32,257 nucleotides of DNA from Gonapodya sp. JEL0774. Lineage: Eukaryota. The stretch's first letter is position 1. Each line of letters opens with the position of its first letter. The notes beneath the pieces are model-generated. The model had not been told where the DNA came from and did not search any database. It worked only from the letters and a program-made list of their open reading frames with translations. The stretch spans positions 1 to 32,257 of the forward strand of contig JADIIX010000195.1 of the NCBI GenBank assembly GCA_027604505.1, read 5' to 3'. Positions 1-12,500 of the stretch are shown piece after piece. The position numbers and the translations under genes were made by a program.

Positions 1-113
1 GCCGGCGGGGGGGTGTTTCTGAACCTCACATATGTCTGCCTCCGTGCGTCCGTCCGCCCTTGCCCTTCCCCTCCCCCTCCCTCCACCACCCCCCCCTCCA
101 CCCCCCCCTCCAG

Positions 114-3100
114 CACTGCGCCCGCCTCCTCCTGTCCGCCACCGACCGCCGCACCTTCCTCCGCCGCCTGCGCAACCCCAACCTCGACGGCGTGCAGCGC
201 GCCGCGATCGTCAAGCAGGTCAACGCGGCGTGTAGGAAGGTGGTCGAGTGTATGTGGTGTGGGGGGATCAACGGTAGGTTAAAGGGGGAGGGGGGCCGGG
301 GGGGGGGGGGGGGGGGGGTGTGGGGGAAAAGGGTTGGGGAGGGGGCCGCGGAGGGGGGAAAGAGGGGGAAAGGGAAGGGGAAGGGGAAGAGGGGGTTGTG
401 CGGGATGGAGGAGAATGTGATGGACTGGTTGGTGGCTGACCTGTAACCTACACACACCGCACCCATCGCCCATCGCCCATCCCCCCCCCCCCCGACCATT
501 CCCGCCGACCCCCACCCCAGGTGTGGTGAAGAAAGTCGGCGCGCTCAAAATCACCCACGAGCGGTACAAATCCACCCGCAAAGCGCTTCAACCCATGATC
601 GAATCCTTCCGCTCCACCTTTTCCACCGCCACCTCGTTGCAACCCGACTTGAAACCCCACCTGGCCAAAGCCCAGGAGGACATGAACCCCAAACGCGTGC
701 TGGACCTGTTTCGCCGCATCCCAGACCAAGACGTGGAGTGTATGGGCATGGATCCCGTCCACGGGAGGCCCGAGTTGTTTCTGTGGACCGCGGTCCCGGT
801 GCCCCCCGTGGCCATCCGGCCGTCTGTGGGGCAAGAGGCGAGCTCGAACGAGGACGATTTGACGGTCCTGCTGAGCGACATTGTGATTGTGAACACGAGG
901 TTGAGGGAGATCATGCGCACGGGGAGGGACGTCAAGGTGTTGATGGAGCACTGGGATTTCCTCCAGCTCCAGTGCGGCATGCTGGTCAACTCGGACCTTC
1001 CCGGCGTGCAGAACTTCCCGCCCATGCTCAACCGCATCAAACGTGGCCTGGTGCAACGACTCAAGGGCAAGCAAGGCCGGTTCCGCGGCAACCTCTCTGG
1101 AAAACGCGTCGATTTCTCGGCCCGCACCGTCATCTCCCCCGACCCGAACCTCGCCATCGACCAGGTCGCAGTGCCAGAGCAGGTGGCCATGATCATGACC
1201 TACCCCGAGCGGGTGACGGCGCACAACAAGGAGGTCCTCAAGCGGGCCGTGCGGAACGGGGTGGACAGACACCCCGGTGCGGTGTACATCAAGGTGGCCG
1301 CGACGGGGGAGAAGAATTTTCTCAAGTTTGGAAACAGGGACGCAGCAGCCGAGAGGTTGGTCGAGGGGGATGTGGTGGAGAGGCACATGAGGGATGGGGA
1401 CGTGGTGTTGTTTAATAGGCAGCCGAGTTTGCACAAATTGTCAATCATGTCCCATTTTGTGAGTAGGGGCGGGGGAAACGGGGGGNNNNNNNNNNGTGGT
1501 TGCGGAACTTGGGGTTGGGGGTGGTGTTTTTTTAATTTGGCCGCCCTCGTTGCACAAATGGCCAAACATGGCCCATTTTTGGTCTGGGGGGGGGGGTACG
1601 GGGGGGGGGGGGGGGGTAGTTTGCGGGGTGGAAAGGGGGAAGAAAGGCTTTCGGGGTAATGTGGGGTTTGTGATGGTGAATTCGCAAAGACGATTGATTG
1701 ATTGAGTGTGCTGATTGCGGACGCTTCTCCTCCACCCGCCATTTCCCCACAACACCCTCTCCACCCTCCACCCTCCCCCCGTCTCCTCCAGGCCAAAATC
1801 CGCCCCTGGCGAACCTTCCGACTCAACGAATGCGTCTGCACCCCTTACAACGCCGACTTCGACGGCGACGAGATGAACCTCCACCTTCCCCAAACCGAAG
1901 AAGCCCGCGCCGAAGCCATGGCGCTCATGAACGTCAAGCACAACCTCATCACCCCGCGGAACGGGGAACCCCTCGTGGCCGCCACCCAGGATTTCATCTC
2001 GGGGGCGTACCTGCTCACCCGGCGAGACGTGTTCTTTGACCGCGCGTGGATATGCCAGTGGTTGTGTGGTATGGGAGACGCGCTCTTGCATATCGATCTG
2101 CCACCGCCGGCGATATTGAAGCCCAGGGCGTTGTGGACCGGTCGGCAGTTGTTTTCGGCATTGATACGACCAAACCGGACCTCCCCCGTCATCATCAACC
2201 TCGAGACGCGCACGCGGAACTACGACAAGGGGACCAAAGTGCCCGAGATGGACGTGAACGATGGTTACCTGGTGATCCGCAACTCGGAGATCATGTGCGG
2301 TGTGATCGACAAGAGCGTCATCGGAGGTGAAAGTAAGAACGGCATTTTTTACGCCATCATGAGGGATTATGGGGTCGCTCAAGCGGCAGGGTGTATGAAT
2401 AGACTGGCAAAGATGTGTGCCAGGTTCCTAGGTGGGTTGGGTTTGCCGTGGCAAAGCCGGTAGTGTAATTTGGTTCTAACAACTCAACGGTTGGCCGTGC
2501 CGCCCCCGCCATTGCGTTTTACCACGTGTCTCTTAGGCAACCGTGGCTTTTCCATTGGAATCGATGACGTTCAGCCCGGTCTGGTCCTCTCGCGGAGAAA
2601 GGAGGAGGTCGTAGCAAAGGGGTACGCCGACACAGACGAGCTCATCATGAAGTCACAGAGAGGGGAACTGGAGAACTTGCCCGGCTGTAACGAGACGCAA
2701 ACCCTCGAGGTAGGTGTGTTCGTGGCGCTGATGGTGTTGTGCAGAGGCTGCACGCTATGAGGGCCGCTCATTCTCCCAACCCTTTGCTTCTCTTCTACAC
2801 TCTTGCTTATGATTTGCTCTTTGCCAGAACAAAATATCAGGGGTGCTCTCCAAGATTCGAGACGACGTAGGAGGCATCTGTCTCGCCGAGCTCCACCGCC
2901 ACAACGCGCCCATCATCATGTCCCTGTGCGGATCCAAAGGATCCAAGATCAACGTGTCGCAGATGGTGGCTTGCGTGGGTCAACAGATTATTTCTGGGTC
3001 CAGGATTCCCAACGGGTTCATGGATCGGAGTTTGCCGCATTTCCCAAAGAATTGTGAGATACGGATGATGACATGTCTGGCGCAAATGGAATCTCGATCA

Positions 3101-5373
3101 ATGATCTCTTTTTATTTTCTTTTTCGGGTCATGCCATCTAGCACGAACTCCTGCTGCTCGTGGGTTCGTTCGCAATTCCTTCTACTCGGGCTTGACACCG
3201 TCCGAGTTCCTCTTCCACGCCGTGTCTGGCCGTGAAGGTCTCGTTGACACCGCCGTCAAAACCGCAGAGACTGGTTATATGCAGCGACGTTTGATGAAAG
3301 CCCTGGAAGACCTCGTTAGCCACTACGACACGAGTGTGCGGAACTCAGTCGGTGGCATGATTCAGTTCAGATACGGCGATGATGGACTGGATCCTGCAAA
3401 CATGGAGGGAGACAAGCAACCAGTGAACTTGAACAGGCTTCTGTTGCACTGCCAGGCGATTGTGAGCTCCGAGGGTAAACGACCACTCCTGCCATGGGAG
3501 ATCCGCAAAACCTTTGTCGACATGCTGGGTTCTGATCGCTTCGTAAGCGAGTGTGGAGCGCACTTTATTGAGGAGGTGAAGGCGTTTGTGGAGGGCAAGA
3601 TTGTGAAGAAGCTCGCTGCGATAAGGCGTCGATTCGACGCAAACGAGGGCCTCGTCGATGGCCAGGCCGACGAGATTCGCGACCGTGAGTCACGGTGTTT
3701 ATTGTCTGTGCATGATTCACGTTTGTGGTCCAAACTAGTTCGCAACCTTGATAGCGATCATACGGGCAGCAGTCGACAACTCACTCAAATTCACAGAGGA
3801 TCAATGCACGCTTTTCCTCGAGACCTGCTTGCGAAAGTACTCTCGTGCCAAGATGGAGGCCGCCACAGCGGTGGGCGCCGTCGGTGCTCAGTCGATTGGT
3901 GAGCCTGGCACGCAAATGACCCTCAAAACATTCCACTTCGCTGGGGTGGCTTCCATGAACGTCACTCTGGGGGTGCCGCGAATCAAGGAAATCATCAATG
4001 CCAGCAAACAAATCAATACGCCAATCATCTCTGCCGAGCTTTTGAACAAAACGGACGAGAAGGTGGCTAGAATCGTTAAAGGAAGGGTGGAGAAGACCAC
4101 CCTGGAGGACGTGAGTTTCATATACTGTCATTTTTACGTGCATCATCGCTCGCCCTTTGAGCTACGTTCCCGATCAACTCATTAGATCGCAGAGTTTGTG
4201 GAAGAAGTCATCAAGAAGGACGACACATACCTCACCATCAAGCTTGATACCGACGCGATTGAAAAACTTCAGGTAAGAATTTTCAGTCGTTTTGCCACTC
4301 TTCCAAATTAGAACCTGATACTATTTTCCAACAGCTGGAAGTTGACTTGAGAAGTGTTGCAGACGCCATTGAAAGAGCTCCACGATTGAAGAAGGGTCAG
4401 CTGGCGAGTATTCATGTTATTGTGTTCGAGCCCTCTCTGGTTGTCCAAACCGAGGCAACTTACTTGTTTTCAGACGGTGCACACAGTGGCCCCTAATCGT
4501 ATCGATGTTCTTCTTCCCGATCGAGCCGACACACCGACATCAAAGGCCAGCGCAACTCCTCCCCCAGGCATTATCAACAGGCTCCACGCTTTGAAGCGTG
4601 CGCTACCCAAGATTATTATTAAGGGAATCCCGACGGTGAATCGCGCCGTTATCAATGAGGAAAAGGACAAGACATACAAGCTCCTTGTCGAGGGCTATGG
4701 CCTTCGCCACGTTATGAACACAGAAGGTGTACGAGGAGTGAATGTCACTAGTAATCATGTGATGGAGGTGCTTAGCGTGCTTGGAATTGAAGCTGCACGG
4801 TGAGAAGAACTGACGAGTACTGTTGGATTGGAGTGTGCAAGACTGAGATATGTTCATCTGCAGGCAAACCATCATCAAGGAGATCATCGATGTAATGGGT
4901 AGTCATGGAATGACCATCGACCCGAGACATGTCATGTTACTTGCCGATCTAATGACTAACAAGGTGAGTATCACATTTAGTTCGTCGTTTGTGCTTCGAT
5001 ACCAACGACACTCCACTTCTCCACGCATATCAGGGCGAGGTTCTTGGCATCACTCGATTCGGCATTGCCAAGATGAAGGACTCCGTACTCATGCTGGCTT
5101 CATTCGAGAAGACAACAGACCATCTGTTTGAGGCATCGTTTTATGGTAAAAAGGACTCCATCAACGGAGTCAGTGAGTGCATAATCATGGGAGTGCCAAT
5201 GTCTATCGGAACTGGACTCTTCAAATTACAGCAAATGTAAGTGTTTCCGACATTAAATGGTGAATTTTGAAACCCTGTTGACCAATGGATACCTTTGGAC
5301 ACGTTTGTCTCCCGTTTCCAGAACACGCGATGAACCCTTGATGATACGCACTTTAGTATTTGATGGTGAATAG
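114..5373 (+). CDS. RPC1: DNA-directed RNA polymerase III largest subunit (5' end outside window); about 13 exons visible
   Basis: Motifs [41 protein letters not shown], catalytic [53 protein letters not shown] and [27 protein letters not shown]. There is no CTD heptad and the C-terminus ends RTLVFDGE*, which fits Pol III. Introns at about 274-520, 1459-1791, 2432-2536, 2710-2828, 3053-3140, 3685-3753, 4111-4185, 4273-4333, 4404-4473 (GC-AG), 4800-4863, 4964-5033 and 5237-5321. Confidence 0.96.
274..520 (+). repeat. Low-complexity intron with a G/purine-rich 5' half (poly-G, GGGGAA repeats) and a C-rich 3' half
   Basis: Long G runs at about 284-396 and C runs at about 460-519. The same layout occurs in intron 1459-1791. 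Confidence 0.9.
1486..1495. other. Assembly gap (10 N) inside a G-rich RPC1 intron
   Basis: Run of N directly after a poly-G tract. Confidence 0.99.
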
Positions 5374-5633
5374 TTGAGAGCCACTTTTCGTGAGCATGTA
5401 AATAAATGATTTCCCGACAAGTGCCTTGGAAAGGTACCACCTCCAGCTTCACTCTTCCGCCACATAGGGAGTATCAACATTGACAAACTGATCGCAGAGA
5501 CAAGTTATGTTCTATCAACAATAGTCGGGACGGCACATCGATGCAAAACTTTCAGTTTTCATCAATGCTTTTAAGTCGCGGAGGTCAGGATCGTGGTCGG
5601 CTAGATGTACTCACCGGAGTCGACGACTTCAAC

Positions 5634-8600
5634 ATGGAACCGCACGACTCGCGCTCTGCGGGAGAAAGTGAGAAGAGTGACATACAAGGATGGTCGAGAA
5701 AACTTGCTTCAGACGACAAGTTGAAATCTCCCTTTGTCGGAAATCGGCATTTGAAGGATCTTAAAGCGAACAGGTACTCCATCAGCTCCGCTTGATCAAA
5801 TATTTAGAAGAGCCAGGAGAAGCTGGGGCGAGTGCACATGGCTGATCAGCGCGCGCCCGTTCACGTGAACAATTCTTTCCCCCCTGGTCCCCCTTCGCGC
5901 CCACCACTACCACCACTACCATCATTCAACTTCATGTTATTATGACAATACCAGACCCGTGGCGAAGGCATGCGACATATGCTCTAAAAGGAAGCAACGA
6001 TGCGATGGTTTGAGACCTTGGTATGTCCACGGCTCGTTGCAACTTGAGCTCCACGTCTTATTTTTTATGATATTCAACTTATTAGCAATGTCTGTAGATC
6101 GCGAGCTGTAGAGGTCAGTTCATAACCGCCGCACTTTCCATTGGAGGAAGTAACCACAAGCCCCTTGACCCCTATCGACACCGACCCTTTGCGTTAACCA
6201 TATCGTATAGTGTCGATATGACCGAGAGACTCGCAAGCGGGGCCCCCCAAAAGGATTCCCTCGAAAACGTCGTTCTAAGATCGAAGTGGGTGGGGACACC
6301 CCAGTGCCCAAGATTGCGGTCGCGGATAGTCCCCGTCAAGACATTTTAAGTCTTATGGACAGTAAAACTAACTTGCTTTCAAAGATTTCGGATTCGGACA
6401 ATCGAGTCGCGACTGAGCCACTAAGTTCGACCTTCCACGCTGAGATGCGTTTCAATGCTGTATCAAACGTTCATTTGAATGTCAACATCGGAGACTATAG
6501 TGACTCGATGAAGCCAGGGACTCCCCGGAATGGCTTAGGTGTTCTCTCCCACCGCCGGGGTGGAACTCTTGAGGATCACCGCTCAGAGAATGCCCCTTCT
6601 CCGGACTCTCATCCATCTGCATTCTCGAGCGTGGCGCATGTCACACCCACATTTGCGTATCCCACCTGGCACAGAAATACGACCGGGTTTCTTGGTGCTG
6701 TCCAGGATCCTCTATTCGATGCGTATAAGCTCAACCAGATTCCGTTACCACGAGAACTGTCAATTTTTGATGACTTTCCTCCACTTCCTTCGGAAGATGT
6801 GATACTGAGCCTCGTATACTTCTGTGAGTATTGATGGGAACGATTTGATCAAAGTCATATGTAATTGTTCTCGGTCACTAGACTTTGCCACCTGCCACCA
6901 TTTGAGCCCAATACTACATCGTGCATCCTTCCTTATCAACCTCACAAAGCAACCCCCTATCCTTCTTTACTCAATCCTCATTGTCGCCGCCTCCTACCAG
7001 ACGGACCCATCTCTAAAGCACCACTCCAGTTCTCTGTGGAAGCGCGCCAGACGAATTGCTCTGCTCTGCTCCGAAGCTCAACCGACATTGCCTGTGTGTG
7101 TAGGTTTGCAGCTTCTCACCATGTACTGTTCGATGGTGTGGTCGTTGAGGCGAGAGGGTGCTCTATTATTTGCGATGACAGTTCGCATGGCAAGAAGTTT
7201 ACGATTGAACGAGGAGCCTTGTGATGGAGTTCTTGCGGAAATCGGTTCCTCGAAGTGGATTGAGCAGGAGACAGGGAGGCGTCTGTGGTACTTCATCTAC
7301 CAAAGTGACCGGGCGTGAGTTACCGCTATTGTCTTCTGTCTTGTATACATTTCGCTTACACTTTTGTTCGTTTGAATACTTACGTGGTCATGCTTGACAA
7401 TATTTCGATTGGATACTGTTGTTTCTACAGAACAGCCATTGTTTTCAATCCAATCATGTACACCTCAGACGAAGAAACCACGGTTGCCCGTGAGTTATTC
7501 GCTTGAGTTTCTAATGTATCAACGCTCATATCTCATATTTGACCAACAGTTCCAATCTCAGACGATATCTGGGAGGCAGACTCTCTTCCCGATCTCCTGG
7601 TACCCGCAAGTCGAACTTTTCTGTCGAAGCCTGGACGATCGACTTCCAGCTTCTTCCGTCTGATTACAATGATGGGCATTTTCGCAAGAATAGTGGTTTG
7701 TGCATTCAACTCCTCGCCGTCGGAAATGATCTGAATGTCGGATGTCTTTTTCAGGACTTCCGCCGTTATTGCGCCTACCGCAATACGGATCACTGGAGAG
7801 TTCCTCATGACCCTGAAATCTCTTCTCAACTCTGTGCAATAAATGCGGAGCTGACTGAATGGAAGAGAGACTTGGTGCCTCATTTTTTGAACATGGAGCA
7901 CATTCTTGCGACCCTCGGAAGTAACTCAAGCTCGAGTCATAGTCGCGATTTCGCATTCTTCCAGCTGGAGGCAAAGCACACAGCCACACTTTGGATTATT
8001 CATAGCTCAGCCTACGTCCTGCTTCATATGCCTCAGGATATGCAAAGTGCCGCTGAGAAACCAGACCCTGCTTGGTTGACCTCTGCCAGCTATATGGTTT
8101 GCCAAGTGAGTTCCCCGTTAGCCGTCACATGTTCCGTTGCAAAATAGGGTCGCTCACCTCCCGCAAAGGAACACGCGTCACTAGTGACTGTGGGGCTCGA
8201 ACTATTGATGAGACTCGACCCCGAGCTTCAAACAATTCCGTTCGCGCAGTGGTCGATTTTTAACGTAGGTGGTGCTGTACCAATGTCTCCATACCTATAA
8301 TGGCAATGCTGACATCGTTTGGCTCTAATCCACTCCCACTTCAGATCGCCATTATATATTTTCTTAGCATAAAGAATCTTACTGCACACGCACAGCAGTC
8401 TTCCAACCTTCATGGCGGACACCAGGACCCTGTCACCAATCACAAGGTCCTTGGCTTTGTTGATGCTATGCTTCAACAAATTCACTTGCACCTTCACGCA
8501 TTATCTGTGTTTGGGAGGGTATGGCAGACCGGCCAAATGGCTGTCAAGTTCATCGAGAGAATTTTGTCGTCTGCGCGTACACGATCTTCAAGCCGAATCA

Positions 8601-8848
8601 TTGACAGAGAGGGTTCCAAGCTCGACAGCACGCAAACTGTTGACCAAGAGCTAGCGGAGGATGGTGTTAACCTGCCGAGCGGACGATCCCCAAACATGGA
8701 TTTGCCTGGGAGTCTGATTTCTACCGATTCTCCATCTTCTAGCACAAGCTGTGGGACACTCAATGTCAAAGAACTTCCCCCCGATACTCTCAATATCTTC
8801 AAGGCAGATACTGATATTGCTTCGTTCTGGGAGGAGCCACCCATTTGA
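5634..8848 (+). CDS. Zn(II)2Cys6 (GAL4-type) transcription factor with a fungal-specific TF middle domain; start uncertain (5541 or 5634)
   Basis: Small exons at about 5955-6021, 6087-6114 and 6211 onward splice to KACDICSKRKQRCDGLRPCNVCRSRAVECRYDRETRKRGPPKG, a canonical 6-Cys cluster. Downstream PILHRASF and EQETGRRLWYFIYQSDR match the Fungal_trans-type region. A likely first intron at 5774-5954 keeps the frame. Confidence 0.88.
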
Positions 8849-9560
8849 CTTGTTGGCGTTAGTTAACACCCACCAGTACACGCATTAGTCTGTTCGCACA
8901 TTTTTGGTGTCTGTTATTCCGAAATATCGTTTGAATTAATTGAAAACTTAATTATAGCCTCGCGGGATCTGAGCCAAGAAAGCTTACCAGTATTCTGTGC
9001 ATTCCAGTGCTATCATACCGTAATGGAGCTGGGCTTCTCAGTTCCCGCCCAAACCCGAACCAAGTCGAAATAGCTCATGCAAAACAAAGAGCGTCAAAAA
9101 GAACGTGCCATTCATTTACGTCGTTGATTGTTTCCAGAAAGGGATGGTCAAATTTCAGAAGGTCCACTCCACAATAGAAATAAGTGATCACTTCACCAGG
9201 AAACTGGCGTGTGTTGAGATTTAGAATTGCTTTTTGTGTACATATCTGTTTCTCTCAGAATACTTCACAAAAGATTGTGGGGTCTGAGAGAGGTACTGTA
9301 TGTACAGCCACTCTGGGCTCACCAACACTTTGAAAGCGAACCAAGCGCGCTATTGGAAGAACATCTGGAGCTTTTAGAGAAAGGAAGAGGGATTCACGTG
9401 TGGCGTATTGACTGCAGGGACTGGAGCCCCAGTTGTTCCCCTTCACTACATAACTGCAAGTGGGAAGCGACTTGAAATACCGTTGGTATCCAGCATCACC
9501 TGCGCAAACGGATAGGTGGCCAGCCGAGCCATTGGCTACGTGGATTCGCCTGCCGTCTAA

Positions 9561-12500
9561 ATGCCGCAGCCCGCTCCACCCCCCCTTGTTTCCGGGACAG
9601 GAGCCCGAACAGGACCCACGCAGACACTGCCAGGAGCCTACGCGCAGCAAAGCCAACAGATGCAAACCTCTCAAGGGATGCATGCCCAACAGCTTTCGCT
9701 TCAGGTGGCAAATAGTGGAGGAGTTGGGCAGAACACGCCCCCCTCCTCTCAATCCCCGGTCCAATTCTCCCAGCCATCCAACTCTCCTGTGATGACTGCG
9801 TCTTCTCCACCAACGCCTGCGCAGCTCCTGTCTCCAGGCACCACTCCCCGACGTGACCAACAATCCCCGGCACCTTCCTCCGCCTCCCCAGCATCCCCCC
9901 CCACGTCCAGCCCCGCAGGAACCTCTACTCCGTCAGCATCGTCTTCAAAGGACTCTAAGATATGCTCTTCATGTAATCTACCTATCCGGGGCCAATTTGT
10001 GCGCGCTCTCGATGGAGTTTACCATCTTGACTGCTTTAAGTGCAGGGATTGTGGTCAGATCGTTGCGCAGAAGTTTTTCGCGTCGAAAGGAGAGGATGGG
10101 AAACCTTTTCCGCTGTGTGAGACGGTGAGTCATGATCAATAAGCTGAAGAGTTAGCGGTGGGAGCCAGACACCATGGAGTTGAGTTTCTCCGCTGGAAAG
10201 CTTCCGCCGAGGGTTGATTACAAATGAACCTGCTCTGAGTGGGCGTCTGGTTTAATCAAGTTGAGCCGCTACCAAATGGTTGAGACCTTTAGGAGCTCTG
10301 AGCGGTGTCTCCCTCACAGACAGAGAACATTGCTTTGGGGGAATCTTGTCGGGCCGTAACCTCAGTTGTTTCTGATGGTAAATCGCTAACTCAGATGTTA
10401 CTATATCTGAGAGGTTGTGTGTGGATGTGTGGTGGCGCCCAGAAAACCAAGAGTGTCGAGTCTTTCACAACAAGGTCGGATCTCTTCGTCTGATGGTTCG
10501 CGTCCAGGAGGCAATTATGATTATTTGTTGAGCATTGCTCAATAGCTCATTTGGTGGTTCTTGGGTGCATTCTAACCTCGATCGTTGCGTCTGGCCTCCA
10601 ACTCAGGACTACTTTCGTCGCCTTGACCTCATATGCGCAAACTGTGGTGGTGCATTACGGGGTTCGCACATCACTGCCCTTGGAAAGAAATATGTGAGTT
10701 GTGTTCACGAGAGTGAAGAGGGAGGAAGTGACTGGAAGATCATTACGCAAACAATCTGATGGAGGGTATCTCAAGGAGTTCGGAACTGGGATTTAGACTC
10801 TGTAAGGTTGATCTGGAGTGGGGTCGAATGCGGGCCCAAGTGAAACTTCGGAGCTTGGAGAACTTCCCCTGCCGTTGCAGTTCCCATGAGGGTTAAAGAG
10901 GTTCCCATGGCCCCAGCATCACATGGGTTGGAGAACTTTAGATGGTCAATTCTCCTCTGGATTGCTCTCACTCGGCTGTGTTTCCCGGTCCATTCCCACC
11001 AATCAGCACCTCGAACATTTTACTTGTTCCAACTGCTCTGTAGTCTTCAAGCCCCACGATTCGTACTATGAACACGCCAGCAAGGTTTACTGCCAGTACC
11101 ATTTCTCTGTACTCTTCGCCAATAGGTGTGGCGGGTGCCAGATGCCTGTGCTGAAGCAATATCTGGAGCTTAATCGAAAAGGTGTTGTAGAACAGTGGCA
11201 TCCGGAATGCTACATGATTTACAAGGTAACTTCACACAAACTGCGTGCAATGTCGTGGGTACCTACCCTATTTACCTTACTCTGCAATTCCAGACGTACA
11301 ACATTAAACTCGGTACAAAGGAGACTGCGGCTCAATCTGCTTCCCTTTCCGAGGCAGAAGCCAAGCGCCAGCAAATGGAAACTGAGGATCGGATTTCGCG
11401 TATCCAAACTGTTCTGACTGCGTTTGAAGACAGCGCTGCAGAATGCATTCAACCTATGCTTCTGCAGATATCAGTCAACCACGCGTATGCGGATGGCGTG
11501 CGACAGGCTGCGAGATTCATCCAGCACGTTGAGGCGCTTTTCGCAGGAATTGACTCGATTGAGACGAGCTTGAGGATCCATGGTGATCGGACAGGTTTAC
11601 AGCACAATAAGGAGCCCAGGAAGCTCGCAAAAAAAGTTGTCGAGTTCTTCAACATGCTTAGCCAAACAGATCGTCCGTCTGCGGTGGTACCAGGTGTGGT
11701 TCCATCTGGATCCGCTGCTGGACTGATCCCCGGGACAGCCGGAGCGGGTGCCATGTTAACCCCAGGCTCAGTTGGAGGCGGGTTGCCTTCTGGGAACGGG
11801 ATGGGCGGAGCAGGACAGAGAGATGAGAGAACGAACACATTTTTGCAGCTTGTGACGGACTTGGCGGTCCTGTTGAAGCATCTTATAAAGGCCGCCCTGC
11901 AAGGGGCGCTTAAGCTGGTGAGCCACTCACGGACAGGTGGTAGAGACTGCGAACATCAACTTAATTCGTTTCATGTACTTTTTTTTCATCAGGAGCGGTC
12001 CTACAACGAAAAGGAATCACTAAATAGATTCCTGAACCGATTGATGGAAACAATATCCCCATCCAACCCCCCGGCAACACCTCTATATCCTGCTTCACAG
12101 TCAGCATCTCAGGCTCAACTATCTGGAGATTCGGCTGCGGAGCTTTCCGCGCGAGGTCAGGGTTCGCGCCAAGCCGGCTCATCGTCCTCATCCGCGACCG
12201 CGACAAAACCAATCGCTTCAAGCTTTTCTGACCCGCTTTTGACTCTTATCACCCCCGAACTGGATGGCAGGACGAGCTCACAAGACTCAGCGGTTCGTGC
12301 CGATATGTGTGCAGTGTGCCACTCGTCATTAGAGGACGAGTGCTTTCGATGCGGCATATTCCGATTTCACCAAGAACATGTATCCAAATGCACGTCTTGT
12401 GGGAATGAGGTATCAACGGCAGAGGGAACACCTGCCAAGTACGACCCTGTGGAGGGCAAACCGTACTGCGGAAAATGCCCCGGCAGCACCGGCCCAGGAG

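Noticed and set aside
448..2382. Long antisense ORFs (328 aa, 313 aa)
   Set aside because: These are shadow frames of the GC-rich RPC1 exons with no recognisable motifs.
114..5373. Intein in the RNA polymerase subunit
   Set aside because: Conserved blocks are contiguous after splicing, with no large in-frame insertion or intein terminal motifs.
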